A stretch of DNA of 64,000 nucleotides from the IMG/VR virus record IMGVR_UViG_3300027969_004220, positions 41,622-105,621 of that record, one strand, 5' to 3'. The DNA is from a virus. Taxonomy: Duplodnaviria; Caudoviricetes. Both the position numbers and the translations under genes were made by a program. Shown piece after piece: positions 26,379 to 33,653 of this stretch (its first letter is position 1; the number at the start of each line of letters is the position of its first letter). Under the pieces are notes generated by a model. That model worked only from the letters and a program-made list of their open reading frames with translations, ran no database searches and was not told the origin of the DNA.

Positions 26379-26451
26379 GGTTTATAGGTCAAATGGCTAA
26401 GATGTCCGGCTGTCGCCCGGTACGGAGAGGGTTCGAATCCCTCATAGACCG
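26379..26451 (+). tRNA. tRNA-Asp(GTC)
   Basis: TCCGG-CTGTCGC-CCGGT, G73. Confidence 0.85.
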
Positions 26452-26460
26452 CTGCATGGT

Positions 26461-26510
26461 AGACCGTTACTAATTCATAGGGACAGAAAGTTGGTCTGCG
26501 TAGAATTAGA
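26461..26510 (+). ncRNA. unknown structured RNA motif, copy 2
   Basis: AGACCGTTACTAATTCATAGGG...GTCTGCGTAGAATTAGA. Confidence 0.6.
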
Positions 26511-26514
26511 ATTA

Positions 26515-26587
26515 CTAGGTGTAGGAAAGTTGGTATTCCGCGTGCTTTGGGAGCACGAGATCGCAGGTTCGAGCCCTGTCACTTAGA
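26515..26587 (+). tRNA. tRNA-Pro(TGG)
   Basis: CGTGC-TTTGGGA-GCACG. Confidence 0.9.
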
Positions 26588-26591
26588 CTAA

Positions 26592-26666
26592 CGCGTAACG
26601 ATCCACAGAGAGAGGTTACCCGCCTTGGACGCGGGGTTATTGCAGGTTCGAGTCCTGTTTACGCGA
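26592..26666 (+). tRNA. tRNA-Pro(TGG) with atypical D-arm
   Basis: CGCGTAA/TTACGCG, CCCGC-CTTGGAC-GCGGG. Confidence 0.75.
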
Positions 26667-26672
26667 CTAAAT

Positions 26673-26757
26673 AGCTACAGCGCATAATGGCTGGTGTGCC
26701 TGACTGTCACTCAGGTGTTGATTTTCAACGTAGCGGGTTCGATTCCCGTTGTAGCTG
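26673..26757 (+). tRNA. tRNA-Asp(GTC) with long variable arm
   Basis: CCTGA-CTGTCAC-TCAGG, variable hairpin GTTGA-TTT-TCAAC. Confidence 0.85.
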
Positions 26758-26763
26758 CAATAT

Positions 26764-26834
26764 TGGAATATGATGTAACGGTAGCATCACATCTTTTGAC
26801 GGTGTTTGTGGAGGTTCGAATCCTCCTATTCCAA
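26764..26834 (+). tRNA. tRNA-Gln(TTG)
   Basis: ACATC-TTTTGAC-GGTGT. Confidence 0.9.
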
Positions 26835-26844
26835 CAAATAAAAT

Positions 26845-26916
26845 GGCGTTGTAGCTCAGAGGCAGAGCGGTCGGTTCATATCCTTCAGGACGGGATCTCG
26901 GAATTCCCCAACGCTA
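26845..26916 (+). tRNA. tRNA-Met(CAT) (or Ile2), degenerate
   Basis: TTCATAT loop; two anticodon-stem mismatches; T-loop CTCGGAA. Confidence 0.6.
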
Positions 26917-26924
26917 CTAAAATA

Positions 26925-26952
26925 AAAATCCTCTCAAATTGAGAGGATTTAT
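26925..26952. terminator. terminator ending tRNA array 3
   Basis: aaatcctctcaa-a-ttgagaggattt. Confidence 0.8.
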
Positions 26953-26955
26953 TTG

Positions 26956-27150
26956 TTAGTTTTCTAATACCTTATCGATATTAGCTTCTCTAACTTTAGC
27001 TTTTACAATACTTGGACTTTGCATATCCTCGTCTGTAATTCCTAATTGAGTTTTGATGATATTTAATAAATATCTTTCATTCTCCCATCTGTAGTCTGGT
27101 GCTTCTGACATAGTCTCTGACATCATACCACCACTAAGATTCTTATTCAT
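26956..27150 (-). CDS. small protein with C-terminal VREANIDKVL motif
   Basis: 64 aa ORF. Confidence 0.5.
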   Translation of the reverse strand: MNKNLSGGMMSETMSEAPDYRWENERYLLNIIKTQLGITDEDMQSPSIVKAKVREANIDKVLEN

Positions 27151-27217
27151 AGTAATTAATTATTTTTTAATTATATATAGAAACATAAAATAAGTTTAAT
27201 AAAAATAATAATAACCA

Positions 27218-27469
27218 ATGAAAACACTTACCGTTAAATCTCCAACTCAACTTTGGACTATTCTTAAAAATAAAGAAGAGATTTTTGAATCTAATAGAGA
27301 ATTAGAAAGATTTATATTTGTTACAGAGAAATTCATCAAAGGATGTCAATGTGGCTCAGATAATAAGACTCTAATGGATAATCAATATAACTTTATCTCA
27401 ACAAGTGAAGAAATCATTTCCCTTTTAAAAGAAGAATTAGGATATGATGAAATAATCTTTGATAAATAA
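27218..27469 (+). CDS. hypothetical protein
   Basis: 83 aa ORF. Confidence 0.55.
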   Translation: MKTLTVKSPTQLWTILKNKEEIFESNRELERFIFVTEKFIKGCQCGSDNKTLMDNQYNFISTSEEIISLLKEELGYDEIIFDK

Positions 27470-27506
27470 ATAACTTTTCGTATCTTTACAATTAAATATA
27501 TACATT

Positions 27507-27962
27507 ATGATGAAACGTGTATATAAAGTAAGATATTCAAAATCCTCATTAGAACTAAATGAAGACTATGATAACCTATCCGACTTTGAGAAAGAACAAA
27601 TTTCAGAATTAGATGCTGAAGGTTTTTTTGATTACGAAGATAATAGTATTTATTGTTGTTATGTTATATCAACACCTGTAGAAGTAGTAAAATATAGTAA
27701 GATACTTACTAATAATCTAATTCAACACGAGTATTTAGATTTATCACAAGAAATTCTAAATAATAAAATAGATATAGAGTTAGAATTAGAACATAAATTA
27801 GACGAAAAGAATTTATTTAAGTATGATTTCTTTTTAGATGATTTAGAACACTGGATTTATAATAACTTAGAAATAGACATCGTGTTAGATAGAATAACTG
27901 ATGTCGGAATAAACTCATTAAGACAAGTCGAGAAAGACTTTTTAAAACATTACTCAATATGA
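27507..27962 (+). CDS. hypothetical protein
   Basis: 151 aa; C-terminal IDIVLDRITDVGINSL..VEKDFL helix motif. Confidence 0.6.
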   Translation: MMKRVYKVRYSKSSLELNEDYDNLSDFEKEQISELDAEGFFDYEDNSIYCCYVISTPVEVVKYSKILTNNLIQHEYLDLSQEILNNKIDIELELEHKLDEKNLFKYDFFLDDLEHWIYNNLEIDIVLDRITDVGINSLRQVEKDFLKHYSI

Positions 27963-28375
27963 TCAATATTTTTTTAGACGATATCCGTATTCCATCAATG
28001 TCTCACAATGTGAGTAAAGGTCTTGGTGTGGACTATTCTAACAAAGATAAATGGGTAATAGTTAGAGATTACTTTGGCTTCATCGACTTAGTAGATAAAC
28101 ATTTTGATGAAATTGACTTGATTTCTTTTGACCACGATTTGGCTTGTTACAAAGACGGTGTTGAGTTCACCGGTAAGTCGGCAGTTGATTATTTAATTGA
28201 TTACTGTTTAGATAATAACAAAAAGTTTCCAGATTGGTATGCTCACACAGACAACACTTCTGGAAAAAGAAATATAATAGGAGCGGTACTAAACTACATA
28301 AATAAAGTAGAAGGTAAAGACATTACAAACTTTAGATACTATCACAATGGTATCGTAAACAACAAACCAGTATGA
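27959..28375 (+). CDS. cyclic-phosphate-processing receiver-like (cREC) domain protein
   Basis: IFLDDIR...ISFDHDL...TG...HTDN..G. Confidence 0.75.
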   Translation: MINIFLDDIRIPSMSHNVSKGLGVDYSNKDKWVIVRDYFGFIDLVDKHFDEIDLISFDHDLACYKDGVEFTGKSAVDYLIDYCLDNNKKFPDWYAHTDNTSGKRNIIGAVLNYINKVEGKDITNFRYYHNGIVNNKPV

Positions 28376-28695
28376 CATTTTTAGATACACATCTAATTAT
28401 TAAAATTAGAGATAAAGTAAAAGCCATAGATCATATCGGATTTATATGGCTTGACCGACCTATCTATGATAAAAAAGTTGTCATTGATAGAATTAAACTA
28501 GATCCTTACGAATGTGACGAGATAATGCCAATCAGTTGGTATGCAGTAAGTCCTAAAGCACGTTTAAAGATTTATAACGCATTACGTAGAGAAGAGGTTT
28601 ATATTAAACAAAAATTAAACGAAAATGATGCTTGGTGTAACTATTACATAAATATTAAACCAAGTCAAAAATTAAAAAAAAATGAACTTAGATAA
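28372..28695 (+). CDS. hypothetical protein
   Basis: 107 aa ORF, coupled. Confidence 0.55.
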   Translation: MTFLDTHLIIKIRDKVKAIDHIGFIWLDRPIYDKKVVIDRIKLDPYECDEIMPISWYAVSPKARLKIYNALRREEVYIKQKLNENDAWCNYYINIKPSQKLKKNELR

Positions 28696-29404
28696 AATAG
28701 ACTTACATTATCGTTGTGTCGATATAGATTATCACACAGAATATGACTGCGAGAATAATGGTTGCAATGATGAAGGAATTTGTCGTTGTGGTAGTATTTA
28801 TGACGCAGTGGTTACACATGTTGATATTTCTCAAATGGTAAATCTAATTTATGATGAACTATTTGACAGTAGTACTGTTTTAGGTAAAAGAGAAGATAGA
28901 TTAAACCAATTACTTTATGGTATAGGTGAAGACATAAACCGTTATACTATTGATAGAATTTTAAGAAAATATAAAGTATGGAATTCTGATAACTTTGAGG
29001 TTGAAGTTTGTGGTGGATACTATGGACAAGAAATTGATGGTGCATTCATTATTAAAAATATTTCAGATAAAATAGAAAACGAATTAGAAATAGCTTTCTC
29101 TATTGAAGACTTATCTGGTAGAGTTGAGTATTTATTAGGTTTAGAGTATGGTAATTTATTACCAGAGTTAGAAAACTGTCAATATGAAATAGTTGAACTT
29201 GATAAAGCAGACATCAACTTTGGCGCCATCGATCATCATAGTAAAGTAAAGAAAAAAGACTTAGAATTCTATAGTGATAAAAACTATAAAGGTATAAGAG
29301 GTGTTGTTACATTTGTAAATGGTAAATACCGACTTATAGATGGTTATCATAGAGTACATACAACCTCTGGGTATAAAGTTAAAGTTTTAAAAGCCTTTAA
29401 ATAG
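28682..29404 (+). CDS. protein with C-terminal ParB/Srx-like motif
   Basis: YRLIDGYHRV; Cys-rich N-terminus. Confidence 0.55.
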   Translation: MNLDKIDLHYRCVDIDYHTEYDCENNGCNDEGICRCGSIYDAVVTHVDISQMVNLIYDELFDSSTVLGKREDRLNQLLYGIGEDINRYTIDRILRKYKVWNSDNFEVEVCGGYYGQEIDGAFIIKNISDKIENELEIAFSIEDLSGRVEYLLGLEYGNLLPELENCQYEIVELDKADINFGAIDHHSKVKKKDLEFYSDKNYKGIRGVVTFVNGKYRLIDGYHRVHTTSGYKVKVLKAFK

Positions 29405-29434
29405 AAAAAGACTCCAATTGGAGTCTTTTTTATT

Positions 29435-31339
29435 TTATTCAAACCATTTTTGTAAAAATTCAGATCTTTGTGTCCAATAGTGAGGATCTAATTTTTCAGT
29501 ATCCTCTTTTTCCGAATCTATGATTCCATCTATTTTATTTTTCAATTCTTCAACTGTTATAATTGGTTTGTCTCTGAATAAAGTAGGTTTGTCTTTATAA
29601 GTTTCTATATCTTTATAATAGTCAAACCAATCAGTTATTCTTCTATACTTATCAAGATTATCATTATCATCACTTACTTTATCAATTTCATATCCGAGTA
29701 ATTCAGCATCTTCTTCAGTTAGATAGAAGTATTCTTTTTCATTATCAGTTTTTAGTAAAAATGTTTTTATTTGAAAAATGTTTAATACGTATTCATTTTT
29801 ATAATCTAATGTAACAAGTTCTAACTTAATAGCTTCTTTATCTCTCCAATCACGATCTTCAGTTTTTAATTTTTTATACCATTCCTTTTCTTTTACTTTA
29901 TCCATTAAGATAATAGTATCTTTATCATCTTTGTGATAGTATTCGTCACCCCAACCACCTGAAATAGTACCATCATCATCAACACTCGTAACTGTTGTAA
30001 CTCCATCTTCTTCAAAGATATAATCTTGATAATCTTCACACCAAATCGCATTATCCTCGTGATAGTATTGATCATCCCATTCTGACCAATTAAGACTATC
30101 ATATCCATCAGGATAAACACCTCTACGAGATCCTCTTGTAACAGTAATAGAATCTTCTCGGTATATCCAATCTCCTAATCTTTCAGAATAGATTGCATCG
30201 TCTCTCTCAATATCACAATCATGCCAATCAGAATAAACAGTGTCATTTATTTCACTATAACCACCTGATGTACTATCTAAAATATAACATCCAATATTTT
30301 TTGTATCTTCATTTTCATTATCATTGTAAAGTATTCCAGTTCTTGGGTCATATCTTCTAAATGTATCAACATAAGGAAATCTATTAAATTTCTTTATATT
30401 AAGTTGAACTCTCATCTCTAATCTATAGTTTTCATCTTTGAATGTTACAGATTCCAGACTATGATGATTATTATGTGTTTTATACGCCCAACCTCTTTCC
30501 GAAGCATAAGTTCTGAACTTTTCTACATCAGAATCTTTGATAGTATATTGTCTGTCTAAGAAATATTCAATATCTAAGTGATCTTCTTTAGAAACTGTAT
30601 CAGAGTCATCCTTTATTTTCCAAATAAGTGATCTTCCAATTAGTTTATCATCTTCTAATAAAACTAACATTCTACACACTTCTGGATTAGCAGTATATAT
30701 TTCAAATGTTCTTTTTTCTGCTCTTGCCATACAAGAACTACCTAATGAGCCATTCATAATTTTATAACTATTGTAGTCATACCACTCTGCAATTTCATCA
30801 CCTGATACTTCAATGAATCTTTCACCACTTTGTTCTAATGTAGATTTGAATTTATTTACAAATTCTTCTACTTCTCTTGCAGTAAATTTACCTGGAAATA
30901 TATTATTTATAAAACGGCCTAACTTAATAGGATTTCTAGCTTTTTCATATGGATCTGCATCACCTAACATACCTTGTCCTCTTAAAGGAGACTCGCTTCT
31001 AATAGTATTAGCACCATCGTGTAAGTTCCATATATCGTCACCAATAAGTGGATCATTGTTTAATGTGTCTTCTAAACCTTCTTCATCAAAAACATCGGAG
31101 AATCTATCCGCCAAAATCTTTTTAGTATTTTTCATTGTTGTAAATGAAACATAACCTTCTTTGTCTAAATTGACAAATGTTATATCTGGTTTTATATCAG
31201 TTCTTTCCGTATCTAATAGTATTTTAGAAATAGGTTCATTAGATAACTTTTTTAAGACCTTTTTAAATGGTGGTGCATAAAATATTACTGACTCATTTAG
31301 TAATTTCTCAAGTATAAAATCATTATATTTACTTATCAT
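29435..31339 (-). CDS. conserved phage protein, paralog of 6341..7567, with acidic repeats
   Basis: SLGSSCM, GRSLIW, FLDRQY, FPYVDTF. Confidence 0.7.
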   Translation of the reverse strand: MISKYNDFILEKLLNESVIFYAPPFKKVLKKLSNEPISKILLDTERTDIKPDITFVNLDKEGYVSFTTMKNTKKILADRFSDVFDEEGLEDTLNNDPLIGDDIWNLHDGANTIRSESPLRGQGMLGDADPYEKARNPIKLGRFINNIFPGKFTAREVEEFVNKFKSTLEQSGERFIEVSGDEIAEWYDYNSYKIMNGSLGSSCMARAEKRTFEIYTANPEVCRMLVLLEDDKLIGRSLIWKIKDDSDTVSKEDHLDIEYFLDRQYTIKDSDVEKFRTYASERGWAYKTHNNHHSLESVTFKDENYRLEMRVQLNIKKFNRFPYVDTFRRYDPRTGILYNDNENEDTKNIGCYILDSTSGGYSEINDTVYSDWHDCDIERDDAIYSERLGDWIYREDSITVTRGSRRGVYPDGYDSLNWSEWDDQYYHEDNAIWCEDYQDYIFEEDGVTTVTSVDDDGTISGGWGDEYYHKDDKDTIILMDKVKEKEWYKKLKTEDRDWRDKEAIKLELVTLDYKNEYVLNIFQIKTFLLKTDNEKEYFYLTEEDAELLGYEIDKVSDDNDNLDKYRRITDWFDYYKDIETYKDKPTLFRDKPIITVEELKNKIDGIIDSEKEDTEKLDPHYWTQRSEFLQKWFE

Positions 31340-31413
31340 ATTATTATTAAAACTTTATTTATTTCTTATATATAAAAATTGTCAAGTCAAATTTTATTTG
31401 TATATTTGTAATT

Positions 31414-31890
31414 ATGAAAACAAAATCACCATTCGTTATAATATTATCAGGAATACCAATGTCTGGTAAATCTACTTGGGTAAGAGAAAACTACCCAGAT
31501 ACTCTTGCTATATCCAGAGACGAACTCGTTATGGAAGTTGCAGGTACAAGAGATTATAACTTAGCATTTAAAACTGTTGATCAAAAAGCAGTTGATAAAT
31601 TATTAGCTAAAAGAATAACTGATGCAGCTACTCAAAAAGTAGATGTTATCATCGACATGACTAACTTATCAAGAAAAGTAAGAGTAAAAAACCTTTCTTA
31701 CTTCTCTAATGATTATTACAAAGTATCTGTTGTATTACCAATCCTAGATTCAGAAGAATACAAAAGAAGAAACGATTTCAGATCAATCAATGAAAATAAA
31801 TTCATACCACCATTTGTAATTAAATCAATGATGGACTCTTTCGTTTTTCCAACAGATGATGAAGGTTTCGATAAAATAATTTTAGTATAA
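31414..31890 (+). CDS. P-loop kinase (AAA_33 / polynucleotide-kinase-like)
   Basis: GIPMSGKSTW, ISRD, IIDMTNL. Confidence 0.85.
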   Translation: MKTKSPFVIILSGIPMSGKSTWVRENYPDTLAISRDELVMEVAGTRDYNLAFKTVDQKAVDKLLAKRITDAATQKVDVIIDMTNLSRKVRVKNLSYFSNDYYKVSVVLPILDSEEYKRRNDFRSINENKFIPPFVIKSMMDSFVFPTDDEGFDKIILV

Positions 31891-32315
31891 TGGCAGGAAA
31901 GATTGAAAATTGGGAACGTATGAAAGACAAAATTAATCGTGCTAATGGTGTAAAAGGTCCCGCACTTCCAAAAGGATGGTACGTAACAAAGAAAGAAGAA
32001 GAAAAAAACAAAAATATGGATATAATAAACATTTTATTAGATGCAGTTGTTGCATCAGGGAAGAAATTTAGTGAGATACCTAAAGAGTCAGTTTATGCTT
32101 ACCTTGAAAAGGCAGGAATAAATAAAAGTAAATGGCAGGGTATCTATGAAACACTAGCCGGTAAATTTAAAGAAACTAAATCTACTGTTAAAGTTGTAGA
32201 AGATAGAACACCAAAAAACATCGTAGATTATACTGAAAACAGTTCAAGAAATGATGTTATGACAAGAGTACCTAGAAAAACTATTTTCTCTGAAATTAAG
32301 AAATTAACAAAATAA
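31890..32315 (+). CDS. hypothetical protein
   Basis: 141 aa ORF. Confidence 0.6.
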   Translation: MAGKIENWERMKDKINRANGVKGPALPKGWYVTKKEEEKNKNMDIINILLDAVVASGKKFSEIPKESVYAYLEKAGINKSKWQGIYETLAGKFKETKSTVKVVEDRTPKNIVDYTENSSRNDVMTRVPRKTIFSEIKKLTK

Positions 32316-32370
32316 TTTTTGGATTTCTGGAGTAATCACCGTATATTTGTACTCTAATAAAGAAACAGAT

Positions 32371-32706
32371 ATGACAAACTTCGACAACTTAAAATTTATT
32401 GATGGTGATTTCTTAACTACTGAAAGTCTTGCAGATATGATCTATGAGAACGAAGGTTCTTTTACACAAAAAGATCAATCTATGTCATTTGATGTAGATG
32501 GGAAAGATGTTACCGTAAACTATGAAGTTTATGTTGAGGGAACTATCGAAGAAGAAAGTGGTGACTATTGGACACCAGGTTCTTGTGATGTTGAACTTAC
32601 TGATGTTGATGTTACTATCAACGAAGTTTTTATCGATGGTGAGTTAGTAGATCTAGATAAAGAAGACTTTTTCAAAGTAGAAGTTTTATTAAAAAATAAC
32701 TTATAA
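32371..32706 (+). CDS. hypothetical acidic protein
   Basis: ORF after a TATATTTG box; GDYWTP motif. Confidence 0.6.
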   Translation: MTNFDNLKFIDGDFLTTESLADMIYENEGSFTQKDQSMSFDVDGKDVTVNYEVYVEGTIEEESGDYWTPGSCDVELTDVDVTINEVFIDGELVDLDKEDFFKVEVLLKNNL

Positions 32707-32750
32707 TAAAAAAACCCAGATTTTTATCTGGGTTTTTTATATATAGTATT

Positions 32751-33233
32751 ATGAGAAAGATAAAAACAATATTAGAGTTCTTCGATACTGATGATTTTAA
32801 ATCGCAATATGAGATACCTTATCTAAAAGGTGAAATGCCTAAAGTTATAAGTAAGTTTAAAAACTATGAGACTAGTGAAGATATTAGATTTTTAGATGTA
32901 ATGAGATACCAATTTCCAGTACTTAACAACTTCAATTATAAAGTAGTTGAAAAAGGTGAAAATAAAATACACCTTCTTTTCGCAACATCATTAAAACATG
33001 TAAATGGAGACGACTACTATGCTTCTATAACATTTGCTTTCCATAAACAAAAATATACAGTAATTACAATCTTTAGAAAATTAAAGAGTCATGATAAATC
33101 TAAATGGGATGTCAAAGAACATAAATTTGACGATATACAATCAACATTCACAATTGTTGAGGATTTTATAAAAAGATGTGAAGACTTTAACATCATTGAA
33201 CACGAAGACAACTTTAATTTACAAAGTAATTAA
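32751..33233 (+). CDS. hypothetical protein
   Basis: 160 aa ORF. Confidence 0.55.
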   Translation: MRKIKTILEFFDTDDFKSQYEIPYLKGEMPKVISKFKNYETSEDIRFLDVMRYQFPVLNNFNYKVVEKGENKIHLLFATSLKHVNGDDYYASITFAFHKQKYTVITIFRKLKSHDKSKWDVKEHKFDDIQSTFTIVEDFIKRCEDFNIIEHEDNFNLQSN

Positions 33234-33277
33234 ACTAATCATACACATTCTCGTATAACATAAAAATTACTTTTTTT

Positions 33278-33598
33278 ATGTGGGTAAAAATTGACGATGA
33301 AGTATTTCATGTCGAAGATATAAGTGTGCAACTTTCTATTTCAAAACATGCAACTATTTATCTGGATTTAGACATCGAGAATAATAAAAACTACTACGAC
33401 TTTTTTATAGATAAATATGAGAAGGTTAAGAACTTCACAATTGAACACACAAAATATATTGCAAAGGGATGTAGAATAAAAACTATTGATATAGTTTTTA
33501 ATTCTAAGTTAAATTTAAACATTTACTGTGAACATATTGATACTGATGTATCTGAGAGAAGAGATTCAATTATCGAACAAATTTTAAAGGAAAAGTAA
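33278..33598 (+). CDS. hypothetical protein with C-terminal RRDSIIEQIL motif
   Basis: 106 aa ORF. Confidence 0.55.
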   Translation: MWVKIDDEVFHVEDISVQLSISKHATIYLDLDIENNKNYYDFFIDKYEKVKNFTIEHTKYIAKGCRIKTIDIVFNSKLNLNIYCEHIDTDVSERRDSIIEQILKEK

Positions 33599-33653
33599 AA
33601 ACTTTAAACAATTACCGAATATAAAACTTATTATAAATCTTATTAAATAAATT

